In this document: in pieces, positions 10,640-20,417 of the stretch
How the letters are laid out: each line of letters begins with the position of its first letter
Position numbering within the stretch: position 1 is the first letter of the stretch
Assembly: GCA_963662465.1 (NCBI GenBank)
Contig: OY759599.1
Span: 3,232,001-3,296,000, forward strand
Reading direction: 5' to 3'
Length of the DNA: 64,000 nt
DNA from: Desulfatiglandales bacterium
Lineage (GTDB): Bacteria > Desulfobacterota > DSM-4660 > Desulfatiglandales > Desulfatiglandaceae
Program-made: the position numbers and the translations under genes
Notes under the pieces: model-generated
Told to the model about the DNA's origin: nothing
The model's input: only the letters and a program-made list of their open reading frames with translations
Database searches by the model: none

Positions 10640-11038
10640 TCACATTTTTTGCGGGGACGCTCCCCAGTCTTTTGATGCTCCCCTCTTTCTTGAAATGTGG
10701 TACAGAATGTCTTTTAGAATTTCCACATCAAATGGCTTGATCATATAATAGACAATCCCCTCTTTTCGAACCTTTGCTTCCAATTCCAGAGAGTTATGCC
10801 CCGTCATCGTCACAATTCCCACTTCAGGCTGCAGAACCTTAAAGCGGGGAATCAGTTCACAGCCTTGAATGTCGGGGAGAGAAATATCCAAAAGGATCAG
10901 GTCAAAGCGAATCCGCCGCACTTTTGCAAGAGCGTCGCGGCCCGTAATCGCCCACTGGATGTGATGTCCCAATGCCTCCATGATCTCAGACAGAGTCCGC
11001 CCCGTGGGCTCACTATCCTCTACCAGTAAGATGTTCAT
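10640..11038 (-). CDS. Response regulator receiver protein
   Basis: MNILLVED, LDISLPD, MTG, KP; AGGAGG RBS before ATG 11038 (the longer ORF start is unlikely). Confidence 0.88.
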   Translation of the reverse strand: MNILLVEDSEPTGRTLSEIMEALGHHIQWAITGRDALAKVRRIRFDLILLDISLPDIQGCELIPRFKVLQPEVGIVTMTGHNSLELEAKVRKEGIVYYMIKPFDVEILKDILYHISRKRGASKDWGASPQKM

Positions 11039-11086
11039 GAAACCTCCTGTTTGATTTTGATCCCCCAGCGAATCAAAGGATCTTAT

Positions 11087-11103
11087 AGCAAGGGAAATGC
11101 CAA
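11087..11103 (-). promoter_or_regulatory. Sigma-54 (-24/-12) promoter for the RR-MCP operon
   Basis: Minus strand TTGGCATTTCCCTTGCT, GG-N10-GC spacing. Confidence 0.75.
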
Positions 11104-11295
11104 GGAAGCGATGCAGATATTTAACTATATGAAATAATAAAGATAATATGATTCTGAAACAAATTTTGACAAGGAAAGAACCCAAGGCCTACCGGGACAA
11201 CCATGGCACCCCTAAACGACTTAATATTGGATAATTACTTGAAATTAAAAGGCAATGCAGAGATGCGACAGATATGGCCCAAAATGGGACTAGGA

Positions 11296-13080
11296 TCAGA
11301 CCAAATTTTTGATCTTTCGAAAAAGAGTCCTTCTGGAAATGCCAAGATGCGCCGCCGCCTTTGCCTTGTGCCACTGATGCTGTTGAAGGGCACTGACCAC
11401 CATATTTTTTTCAAAGCGCTCAACCGCTGCCGCCAGACTCATCCCGTTCCATTCAAAGGCTTTTATGGGGGCGTTCTCCCACTCATTGGCTGGATCGAAA
11501 CCGATTCCCGGAAAATCGAGATGACCGATAGCCAGATATCGGCGCAACATATTCTCAAGCTCTCGGACATTTCCGGGCCAATCATAACTGAAAAGCGCCT
11601 CCAGAATTTTTTCCGGCAAGATAATTTTTTTTTCACCCTTATCATATGTTTTGAGAAAATGGTCCACCAACAAGGGAAGATCCTCCTTTCGATCTCTTAA
11701 AGGCGGAATTTGAACCGGAATTACGTGCATTCTATAAAAAAAATCTTCACGCATCAGGCCGCTGTGGACCAACTCTTTGAGATCCTTATTGGTAGCGGCC
11801 ACAATCCGAAAGTCCGACATTTCGGTCCGATTGCTTCCAACCGGCGTATAACCTCGACCTTCGACAACGCGAAGCAATTTTACCTGCATATTCAAGGGAA
11901 GATCCCCAATCTCGTCTAAGAAAAGAACCCCCCCATGAGCAAGCGCCAGATACCCATGGGTATCCACGACGGCGCCTGTGAAAGCGCCTCTTTTGTGCCC
12001 AAAGAACTCGCTTTCAATAAGCGACCCAGGAATAGCACCGCAGTTCACCGGCACAAATGCATCCTTTTTCCGATCGCTCATCTCGTGTATCGCTCTGGCC
12101 ACAAGCTCTTTCCCCGTCCCGGACTCTCCGTAGACAATAACATTCTCATCTGTCGCGGCTGCCTTCAGAATAACGTCATAAACCTCCTGCATCACACGGC
12201 TTTTACCCACAATATTCCCAAACCGGTAGCGATCTCTGGCCGCATATTTCAGCAGTTTGTTTTCTTTTCGAAGCAACGCCGCTTCAGCTTGTACGGCTAT
12301 CTCATGAATTCTGCTTTCGGTGATGTCCCGAAGAGTGGACAGAATAGCCAGCTTTCCCTCCCATTCTATACATTCATTGTGCGCTTCCAACCAGATTTCC
12401 CGACCATCGGCCTTGAGACACTTCATTTTAACAACTTTTTCACGGAACTCCCCGGCATAAAAACCCTGACTCATGATCCTATGAGCCTCTCTGGAATCCT
12501 CGGCAATGAAATTCACGGTCTTTTGCCCAATCAGTTCATCAGGGCCATCGTATCCAAGCATTTCGGCGGATACGCTGTTTGCAAACATCAGACGCCTGTC
12601 CTGAATAAGTATAATCCCATCCGCCACTTTTTCAGTCAGCATTCGATACCGTTGTTCGCTGACCTTCAAAGCCCTTTCAGCTTTAACCCAATGGGTAATA
12701 TCCTGAAGGGTTTCCACGGCGCCAACAATCTTGCCGTCGAGATCAACAGCGGGCGCTGCCACGGAAAAGATATGCCGAGGCTCACCGCCAAGATTCTCAA
12801 AATAATCGGTAGCCTGCCAGGCGAACGGAATGACATCTGATTTCGACACCCCTTTCCCTTGATAAAATTCTTCAAATTTTCCAAGCTCACCGACCACGAT
12901 AAGATCCGCCAAAACCGGACGTTTATAGGGATAAAAAGGGACCCATTGGCGGTCCGTTCCGATCATTTCGGATGATGAATATCCTGTCAACAGTTCACAT
13001 GTTCGATTCCAATGTGTCACTTTATGATCCAAGCCGATGGCAAATTGAGCAATCGGCGTACATTCTAAAACATTCAGCAT
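11296..13080 (-). CDS. PAS-PAS sigma-54-dependent transcriptional activator (Fis HTH)
   Basis: GESGTGKE, GAFTGA, FLDEIG, WPGNVREL, C-terminal HTH. Confidence 0.95.
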   Translation of the reverse strand: MLNVLECTPIAQFAIGLDHKVTHWNRTCELLTGYSSSEMIGTDRQWVPFYPYKRPVLADLIVVGELGKFEEFYQGKGVSKSDVIPFAWQATDYFENLGGEPRHIFSVAAPAVDLDGKIVGAVETLQDITHWVKAERALKVSEQRYRMLTEKVADGIILIQDRRLMFANSVSAEMLGYDGPDELIGQKTVNFIAEDSREAHRIMSQGFYAGEFREKVVKMKCLKADGREIWLEAHNECIEWEGKLAILSTLRDITESRIHEIAVQAEAALLRKENKLLKYAARDRYRFGNIVGKSRVMQEVYDVILKAAATDENVIVYGESGTGKELVARAIHEMSDRKKDAFVPVNCGAIPGSLIESEFFGHKRGAFTGAVVDTHGYLALAHGGVLFLDEIGDLPLNMQVKLLRVVEGRGYTPVGSNRTEMSDFRIVAATNKDLKELVHSGLMREDFFYRMHVIPVQIPPLRDRKEDLPLLVDHFLKTYDKGEKKIILPEKILEALFSYDWPGNVRELENMLRRYLAIGHLDFPGIGFDPANEWENAPIKAFEWNGMSLAAAVERFEKNMVVSALQQHQWHKAKAAAHLGISRRTLFRKIKNLV

Positions 13081-13430
13081 GCCTATCTCACCTGTTCCAA
13101 CCCCTTGCAGTAATCATTTTCCCTATAGAAGTAGCGTTTCGATGCAACCAAACAGAGACTAATTGATAATTGAATTTTATGCATATTACAATTATAATCT
13201 ATATTCCGCTGACCGTAAAATAGAATTTCGCCTGTCTGTCAAGCCATTTTCAGTGCCTATTGGCGGATGACTGAAAACTCCTTGCCGCAACTTTGTGAAA
13301 AGTTTATAAGATGAATGGTTAACGAACAGAGCGCATGGCGCTTGATAATTGGAGGGTTGTTTCCATAAAAAAACAATCGCCTCAAAGAAACGCCATCAAA
13401 CCCTGGAAACCCCATTTGACGGAATAAGCC

Positions 13431-14789
13431 ATGAAAGTTATTAAAAAGATTGAAGATGCCGTAAATACTCAGAACATCCCCGGCGGCGCTGTTATTTATA
13501 CCGCGGGAAATTCAGCCACGCCCGTCATGCTCCTGCGGCAACTGGCACACGATGATGCCATCAAAGACGTATCGCTACTGAGTGTTTTGTTATTGGGGGA
13601 TATTCAAGATCTTTTTTCAGAAGACGCGTGCGAAAGAATTGAACACCGCGTCATTTTCAACGGACCTCACTCCAGAGACGCCATGAATACGGGGAGAGCC
13701 AGCTATCAAATGCTGCATCTCTCGGACATTCCCCGCCAGGTAAGACAATACATAAAACCCAATATTGTTCTCCTGAGCGTTGCAGGTCCTGATCACGGCG
13801 GCAACTTCAGCTATGGCACGAGTTTGGAGGGGTGTCTGGCCGCCGTTAAATCAGCAAAGGCCCAGGGTGGTCTCGTCATCGCCGAAAGAAACGCACAAAT
13901 GCCATTTGTTTTGGGAACCACCCTGCATGAGAGTGAAATTGATTTTCTGGTGGACACGGACTATCCCATTCCGGCCAGCCCGGTTTCCAAACCGGGTGAA
14001 CGCGCTAAAAAAATTGCCCATATCATCACCGAGCGTTACATCCATGAGGGCTGCACCCTTCAATTCGGCCTCGGAGGCGTGCCGGAGGCCCTCACGGACG
14101 CCATTATTGAAAAAGGGGTGAAGAATCTCGGCATTCACACGGAATTGTTCGCCGATGCCATGCGGACGCTGGTTGAACGGGGGATTGTAACCCGGCATGC
14201 CATGGAATTCACCTTTTCCGTAGCCACCATTTTTCTATCCTCCGAGGCAGCCGGTTACGACTGGCTGAATTTCAACAGTTCCGTTCAGAGCCGTCCCTCG
14301 GATTTCACAAACCACATTCCCATCATCGCCCAAATACCCAAAATGGTCTCCATCAACGGCGCCATCGGCGCGGACCTTCACGGAAACATATGGGCGGATT
14401 CCTTGAACGCCACCCGAATTTACAGCGGCATTGGAGGTCAGGCCGACTTTATTCGAGGCGCCTATCTTTCAGAAGGAGGCGTTCCCATCATTGCCATGAA
14501 ATCAACAACATCCGATGGCCAATCGAAGGTGTTGTTAAGAGGCCCCAAAGGAATTACCGTAACCGCCATCGCCGCCGATCCCGTAGTTATCGTCACAGAA
14601 CACGGCGCCTTTGATCCCCGTGGATTAAACCTCGCCGAACATGTTGTGGCCATCGCTCATCTGGCAGCCCCGGAATATCGAGAAGAGCTTCTAAGGCATA
14701 TTTACGACAGCAAAGAGTACTACAAACCACAAAGGCTCATTGGGGACAGGCCTCCGAAAGGATTCACACCCTATGACGCATTGAAATAA
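13431..14789 (+). CDS. Acetyl-CoA hydrolase/4-hydroxybutyrate CoA-transferase family protein
   Basis: TLQFGLGGVP, LGIHTE, SGIGGQADFIRGA, VTEHG. Confidence 0.85.
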   Translation: MKVIKKIEDAVNTQNIPGGAVIYTAGNSATPVMLLRQLAHDDAIKDVSLLSVLLLGDIQDLFSEDACERIEHRVIFNGPHSRDAMNTGRASYQMLHLSDIPRQVRQYIKPNIVLLSVAGPDHGGNFSYGTSLEGCLAAVKSAKAQGGLVIAERNAQMPFVLGTTLHESEIDFLVDTDYPIPASPVSKPGERAKKIAHIITERYIHEGCTLQFGLGGVPEALTDAIIEKGVKNLGIHTELFADAMRTLVERGIVTRHAMEFTFSVATIFLSSEAAGYDWLNFNSSVQSRPSDFTNHIPIIAQIPKMVSINGAIGADLHGNIWADSLNATRIYSGIGGQADFIRGAYLSEGGVPIIAMKSTTSDGQSKVLLRGPKGITVTAIAADPVVIVTEHGAFDPRGLNLAEHVVAIAHLAAPEYREELLRHIYDSKEYYKPQRLIGDRPPKGFTPYDALK

Positions 14790-14798
14790 GCATAGGCC

Positions 14799-14830
14799 AT
14801 GGGGACACCCATGCATTTATATTCGGATTC
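14799..14830 (+). repeat. REP-like palindrome, copy 1
   Basis: ATGGGGACACCCATgcatttat-attcggattc. Confidence 0.7.
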
Positions 14831-15056
14831 AACACCAACGCCTCGGCAATAACCCGACCCCTTTGGACCGCTCTACTTGTAGCCGACTGACTTAGCCCCA
14901 GCTTCAGACCCACAGCGGTCGCTGACATGTCCAACACATGAACAGCCCAGAATGACAATACGCTACGGGCTGGTACCCGGCGAGGTTGTTTGCCGGGGGT
15001 CATCACATCGGAATGAGACAAATCAAATAGTTCAGCAACCCTCTTGCCAACCGGAA
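14831..15056 (-). pseudogene. C-terminal HTH remnant, probably of a REP-associated/IS200-like transposase
   Basis: RVAELFDL...ARSVLSFWAVHVLDMSATAVGLKLGLSQSATSRAVQRG; no HUH domain; bracketed by REP-like palindromes. Confidence 0.55.
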
Positions 15057-15060
15057 AAGA

Positions 15061-15087
15061 AATGCATAAACGCATGGGCGTCCCCAT
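15061..15087 (-). repeat. REP-like palindrome, copy 2 (inverted)
   Basis: Reverse complement ATGGGGACGCCCATgcgtttatgcatt. Confidence 0.7.
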
Positions 15088-15172
15088 CGCCGTTTAATAC
15101 ACCTGTTGACACAAGACCCCCTGCTTGTTAAACTCAAGATGAACTTTTCAAGTTTTATCCGGAGGTATCGAA

Positions 15173-15430
15173 ATGAAAACGATCATCAATACGAAAGAGC
15201 TTAGGGCCACGCTTCCGAAAATTGTGGAGAGTGTCCGCCGGGGAGAACAGTTCACTGTGCTTTACAGGAGCCGGCCGGCCTTTCGAATCGTACCCATCGA
15301 CGAAGTGGATTACCCGACGACTCAACTGGAGAAAGATCCCTTGTATCATGCCGGGGCACTGGGAGAATCGTCCGACGGACTGAGATCGGAAGACCACGAT
15401 GCCATCCTTTATGGCGATGGTGAACCATGA
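15173..15430 (+). CDS. Phd/YefM-family antitoxin
   Basis: IINTKELRATLPKIVESVRRGEQFTVLYRSRP; ATGA overlap with the toxin; TTGACA upstream at 15106. Confidence 0.85.
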   Translation: MKTIINTKELRATLPKIVESVRRGEQFTVLYRSRPAFRIVPIDEVDYPTTQLEKDPLYHAGALGESSDGLRSEDHDAILYGDGEP

Positions 15431-15840
15431 AACGGTTGTTTGTGGATACGGCCGGTTGGATGGCCATGGCCGATGCCAAGGACCCCATGCACACCTCCTT
15501 TCGGACCGCTCGGGACCAGTGGCTGGAGGCTGGTGGGCTGCTGGTTGTCTCCAATTATGTTGTGGATGAAACCCTGACCCTGATCCGTATGCGCCTCGGT
15601 CTGAATGCCGCCGAACGGTGGTGGGAGCAAGTGTCGGAAAGCCGGCGGTGCCGAACGGAATGGGTGACACCTGACAGGGCGGGACGCGCCGTGCATTGGT
15701 TTTTCAGGTGGAAAGACCAATCCTTTTCTTTTACCGACTGCACGAGCTTTGTCCTCATGAAGGAATTGCATATTGAAAAGGCGTTGACCGCAGACCATCA
15801 TTTCCTAACGGCCGGATTTGAAATTTTTCCATCTTCTTAG
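15427..15840 (+). CDS. vapC: PIN-domain VapC-type toxin
   Basis: FVDT, VVDETLT, SFTDCTSF, TADHHF acidic PIN residues. Confidence 0.9.
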   Translation: MKRLFVDTAGWMAMADAKDPMHTSFRTARDQWLEAGGLLVVSNYVVDETLTLIRMRLGLNAAERWWEQVSESRRCRTEWVTPDRAGRAVHWFFRWKDQSFSFTDCTSFVLMKELHIEKALTADHHFLTAGFEIFPSS

Positions 15841-15852
15841 AAAACGTAGAAA

Positions 15853-15898
15853 ATGGGAACGCCCATGCATCTATGCGTTTCTAATCATATTCGGATTC
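15853..15898 (+). repeat. REP-like palindrome, copy 3
   Basis: ATGGGAACGCCCATgcatctatgcg...attcggattc, a direct repeat of copy 1. Confidence 0.7.
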
Positions 15899-15909
15899 AG
15901 CTGTTTTTT

Positions 15910-16006
15910 GAATATCGAATGTCGAACAAGGAATGTTGAATAATGAAATTAAAACAGAGCATTATGCTTCGACATGCGATATTCCTTGTTCAACATTCTG
16001 CGGTTC
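15910..16006. repeat. Inverted pair of heptamer tandem arrays
   Basis: gaatatc gaatgtc gaacaag gaatgtt gaataat ... gacatgc gatattc cttgttc aacattc. Confidence 0.7.
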
Positions 16007-16170
16007 TCTTTTAACAGTGGGCGAAGTTAGGACCAAACCCCCAATTCCCATTAGCCTTTCCCGACTTATTTAGATCCTGTTTTGTGGGCCAGCGTTTTAG
16101 TCACCAGAAACATTACATCAGTTTAGAACAATTCTTACGATAATATGAAGACCTGCCTAGCGTGCATTGA

Positions 16171-18894
16171 TTACCCCAGGACCTTTTTCAAAACACTCTC
16201 AAGATCGGCCTTTTGATAAGGCTTGGCCATGGCGCCTCGAAAACCATGTTCCTCATAATTGGCCAACACCGGGTCATTGAAATAGCCGCTGCATACGATG
16301 GCCTTTACATCCGGATCGATCTTGATCAGTTCCTTGATGGCCTGATCACCGCCCATGCCGCCCTTGATGGTCAGATCAAGAATAACCGCGTCAAAGGGCT
16401 CTCCTGAGTTCATATGTTTTTTGTAAGTTTCGATGGCTTCCACGCCGTCCTTTACAGTCTCAACTTTATACCCCAACCGCTCCAACATCTTTTGACCTAG
16501 ATCTCTCAGCATTTCCTCATCGTCCATGACCAAAATACTTTGGATTGTTGATTGTTGATTGCCGATTGTTGATTGTTCTGATTCCCGTTCCGCCTGGACG
16601 GGACCGCGCTCCGCATTCCGCATTCCGCGTTCCGCAATCCCCATGGCCGGCAGGTAGATGGTTACGGTGGTTCCCACGGCGGTTGTAGAGTTGACCATGA
16701 TATGACCGTCATGTTTTTCAACAACCGCATAGGCAGTGGTCAGGCCCAGTCCCATTCCCTTTTGGACCCCTCTTTCCTTTGTAGAAAAATAGGGATCGAA
16801 GATTCTGGTCATGTCTTCCTCCGGAATGCCTCTCCCCTCATCTTTAATGGAAATCCTCACATACTTCCCTTCGTTGAGAGGCAATGTGGCGTCTTTGTCT
16901 TTGTTCTCGATGACTTGGTTTTCCGCCTGAATGGTAATGGCTCCCCCCTGGGGCGTAGCCTCCACGGCGTTTTTAAGCACATTGCTTATGGCGAAATGCA
17001 TTTGCTTTGAATCATATCCCACGGACCAGAGATCATCTTGAATGGCAAAGGTCGTCGATGCCTCATGCGCCTGGAACTGTCCCCTGATCTCCTCAAGCAG
17101 ATTCTTTATAGACCCCAGTTCTTTTCTAGGATACCCTCCCTTGGAAAGGGTGAGAAATTGATAGGTTAGGTCCCTTGCCTTGCAGGATGCCTGTTCAATT
17201 TCATGGAGGAATCCCGCCATGGCTGAATAAGGCTCAGTTTCCTCCTGGGCTATTGAGACGTTCCCCATGATAACGGCGAGGAGATTGTTGTAGTCATGGG
17301 CAATGCCGCCTGCAAGGGTGGCAATGCTCTCGGCTTTTTGGGACTTCATGAGTTGGGCTTGAAGACGCCTTTTTTCAGTGATGTCTTGAAAGAAACCATA
17401 GACCCTGTGGTGTTTTAGATCCGTTTTTCCTATGGCATGAACAGACCGAAGATTGCCTTTGGCGGTGATGATTTCCAGCTCCAAGTCAAATGGCTCGCCA
17501 TGATTGATGGCCCGCTGCACTGCCTGTTCAATAATTGGCCTGGAAGCGGGGGTGTAGAAATCGATTCCTTTTCTCATTGTCGGCTCGTAGGTGAGATCCA
17601 ATTCGTGGATTCTATAGACCTCTTCCGTCCATGTTTGTTTTTCGGTATCGATGTTGAATTCCCAGCCGCCAACCTTTCCGATCTTTTCCGTTTCCGTGAG
17701 TAAACGCTGGGCCTTTTTAAGGGCCTCCTCGGCGTGCTTGCGCTCGGAAATATCCCGGAAAACGTTTACAATTCCCAAAGGTGTCCCCTGCGAATCCTTC
17801 ATGAGAGTCACAGTGTGCTCGGTGGGGAAAACTTCCCCGCTTTTCCTTTTGAGCATGAACTCCGCATGTAACGATTGGCCTCTGTTGAAAGCCTCGTTTA
17901 TTCGATTCACGAAGTCGACGAAATGCTCGTGGTCCACGTGAAAAAGCTCGGGAGAAAGTCCGGCAACTTCCTCCTGCGAGTACCCGAGAATCTTTGTGGT
18001 GCTATGGTTGATCTTGAGGATTATTTTGTCCGGAGAAACCACCAAAACGGCTTCTTCCAGAGCATTGAAGATGTTCTGGAGCCAAATTTCAGATCCCCGT
18101 AAGGCATCTTCTGCTTTTTTTCGTTCCGTGATGTCCGTGGCAATGTGAATGATCTTTTCGATGCGGCCGCTCTCGTCCAGCATGGGGGTACAGGAAACCA
18201 GGAATGCCCCTTCAAGAGCTTGAATCTCCATCTCAACGGTTTCCAGGTGCCCGGAGGCCATCACTTTTTCAAAGGGGCATCCTTCGGGGGGCTGATCGGT
18301 CCTGTGGAAGATTTCATGGCATTTTTTTCCTATGAGGTCTTTTTCGGGAATCCCGGTAGCCTTCTCGGTAGCCTCATTGGCATGAAGCACCCGGTGTTCC
18401 TTATCAATAATAAGCGTGGCGTGTCCCACGGCCTGAAAAATATTCTCCCATTCCCTCCGTGCTTTTCGAATGTCTTCTTCCGCACGCTTGCGATCGGTGA
18501 TATCACTTATCGCGGCCCTGATCTCCATGAGGTCGCCGTTGCTTTCTCGAAAAACCGCACATTCCATTTGAGCGTAGAATTCATGGCCTTCCTCTTTCAA
18601 CATCCTCAAGCTGAAGGATATGGATTCCCCTGTGGTTTTATTGAGACGCTGTTGATATGAATACCAACGATCTTGATCGTCTCCGTGAATGAAACGAGGG
18701 AAATGCTTGCCAATTAACCGCCCTCTTTCAATCCCCATCATGGCCGCCCCGGTCAGGTTGACCTTCTCGATCATCCCCTTTTCACCAATGGAAAAATAAC
18801 CGACCGGTGAAAAATCGTAGAGATGCGAATACATATCCCTTGACGATTGAAGTTCGGATTGAATGGTGCGAAGCTTCTCATTCTGCATTTCCAA
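16171..18894 (-). CDS. Multi-PAS hybrid histidine kinase/receiver (N-terminus appears truncated)
   Basis: Four PAS domains, LAGGIAHDYNN H-box, GMGLGL G2 box, C-terminal REC; frame stays open upstream to ~18945 (LIAHQIELEMQN). Confidence 0.88.
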   Translation of the reverse strand: MEMQNEKLRTIQSELQSSRDMYSHLYDFSPVGYFSIGEKGMIEKVNLTGAAMMGIERGRLIGKHFPRFIHGDDQDRWYSYQQRLNKTTGESISFSLRMLKEEGHEFYAQMECAVFRESNGDLMEIRAAISDITDRKRAEEDIRKARREWENIFQAVGHATLIIDKEHRVLHANEATEKATGIPEKDLIGKKCHEIFHRTDQPPEGCPFEKVMASGHLETVEMEIQALEGAFLVSCTPMLDESGRIEKIIHIATDITERKKAEDALRGSEIWLQNIFNALEEAVLVVSPDKIILKINHSTTKILGYSQEEVAGLSPELFHVDHEHFVDFVNRINEAFNRGQSLHAEFMLKRKSGEVFPTEHTVTLMKDSQGTPLGIVNVFRDISERKHAEEALKKAQRLLTETEKIGKVGGWEFNIDTEKQTWTEEVYRIHELDLTYEPTMRKGIDFYTPASRPIIEQAVQRAINHGEPFDLELEIITAKGNLRSVHAIGKTDLKHHRVYGFFQDITEKRRLQAQLMKSQKAESIATLAGGIAHDYNNLLAVIMGNVSIAQEETEPYSAMAGFLHEIEQASCKARDLTYQFLTLSKGGYPRKELGSIKNLLEEIRGQFQAHEASTTFAIQDDLWSVGYDSKQMHFAISNVLKNAVEATPQGGAITIQAENQVIENKDKDATLPLNEGKYVRISIKDEGRGIPEEDMTRIFDPYFSTKERGVQKGMGLGLTTAYAVVEKHDGHIMVNSTTAVGTTVTIYLPAMGIAERGMRNAERGPVQAERESEQSTIGNQQSTIQSILVMDDEEMLRDLGQKMLERLGYKVETVKDGVEAIETYKKHMNSGEPFDAVILDLTIKGGMGGDQAIKELIKIDPDVKAIVCSGYFNDPVLANYEEHGFRGAMAKPYQKADLESVLKKVLG

Positions 18895-18935
18895 TTCGAT
18901 TTGATGCGCGATCAGTTCGTCTTTCAGCCTGTTGT

Positions 18936-19685
18936 TCAGCAGAATTGATCAACCCATTTAACCTTGCCCGACTTTGTGATGATCCGGTATGAATAATGGG
19001 TGACCACATCTTCGACCCCTTCCTGCTTTTTTTGAACCTGTTCCATGACGAATGCCAGATCGTCCGGGTGAAATAGCCTGCCAAATCCGTTTATTCCCCA
19101 ATTAAGGGCTTCCTTGATTGAATATTCAGTGAGATCAGAGGCCGCTTGGTTCACATATTTAACAAAACCGCCCTGAACAATAATGACTCCCAATAGATTT
19201 TGCTCGGTAAGCAACCGGAATTTTTCCTCGCTCTCCTTCAGCAACGCCTCCGTCCGTTTACGCTCGGTGATGTCACGACCCAGAAGCGCCAACCCTGTTA
19301 TTTTTCCTTGCTCATCAAAGACAGGGTAGAAAACATTGTCGAACCATGTTCCCTTGCTTTTGTCTTCGAAACGGACGGGTTCCCCCGACTTAATCACCTC
19401 GGCAAAGTATGATTTTCTACTGATTAACATCTCTTGTGGTACTAAATCCCAGCAATTCATGCCTTTTAAATCGTCAACACTCAGTCCGAACCTCTGAGCC
19501 AATGCTTCATTGGCATCAATCATAATGCCTTCTGTATCCACCAACCCAAAAACATCATCAAAGGTATTCATAAGCGCACTCGACGTTGCCTTGTTCTTTT
19601 CCTCAAACCACTTGAATTTAGCGATTTCTTCTTCTAATTTCTGAACCCGTTGTTCCAATTCCTGGTAGGTTGGCTTTTTGGCCAT
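18936..19685 (-). pseudogene. PAS protein / kinase N-terminal fragment with truncated second PAS
   Basis: MAKKPTYQELEQRV N-terminus, GGAGGA RBS; second PAS stops after KVKWVDQ, before the usual DITERK. Confidence 0.6.
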
Positions 19686-19825
19686 CAGAAGATCCTCCAG
19701 ATACCCTCAAAATGGTGGAAAAATTCGGTATCACATCGATATTTCGCAGCTTGAGTTGCTCGCCGATCATCAAAAAGGAATCCGATGTACTCTGAACCTT
19801 TAAAACCGGGAAACGGTGTCCGGGC

Positions 19826-19861
19826 AAAAAAAAGCCCCGGTGCCTTCACGGGCATCGGAGC
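19826..19861 (-). terminator. Intrinsic terminator (minus strand)
   Basis: GCTCCGATGCC-cgtgaa-GGCACCGGGGC-T8. Confidence 0.8.
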
Positions 19862-19903
19862 AATATTAAATGTTCTTATGTGATCGTCTCCTAAAAATGG
19901 AAG

Positions 19904-19965
<62 letters not shown>

Positions 19966-20215
19966 TCGATTTATGGAACATGGTTGACTCCTAATAAAGC
20001 ACCCTTTTGGGTCAGGATACCTATGTTCAATTATGTATTCTCTCCGTAAACTTGTTTTTTTGTCAACAATAAAGCGATTTATCTGCTGGTAAAAAGATTC
20101 AATCTGGATGGACAGGTAAATAAAAAAAACCTTGACATCCCGAGAATATTTCTGTAGGCAGTACTCATCATTGTCAGTTAGAATATAAAAAAACCATCAA
20201 TTTGGGAAGACTTCA

Positions 20216-20293
20216 GTGACACATCATTTTGCAGACGGGTTTCTTTATTATTGGTATTATTTTTATGCCACCTGTCTGCCTATGGTCCGCTGA
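20216..20293 (+). CDS. Aromatic amino-acid leader peptide (25 aa)
   Basis: GTG start, MTHHFADGFLYYWYYFYATCLPMVR*, containing 3 Phe, 5 Tyr and 1 Trp; upstream of DAHP synthase. Confidence 0.85.
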   Translation: MTHHFADGFLYYWYYFYATCLPMVR

Positions 20294-20314
20294 AAGATTT
20301 TAATACAACAAGTC

Positions 20315-20349
20315 AAAAGCCGCCGGCAGACAAGCCTGCGGCTTTTTTT
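20315..20349 (+). terminator. Attenuator terminator of the aro operon
   Basis: aaaaGCCGCcGGC-agacaa-GCCtGCGGC-T7; GGCAGACA can instead pair with TGTCTGCC (20273-20280). Confidence 0.85.
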
Positions 20350-20417
20350 GGTTTTATGGGCCGCGGGAAGCAATGCTTCTCCCGGCCCTTTTGCTTCTAA
20401 AATAAGGAGCGTTTACC

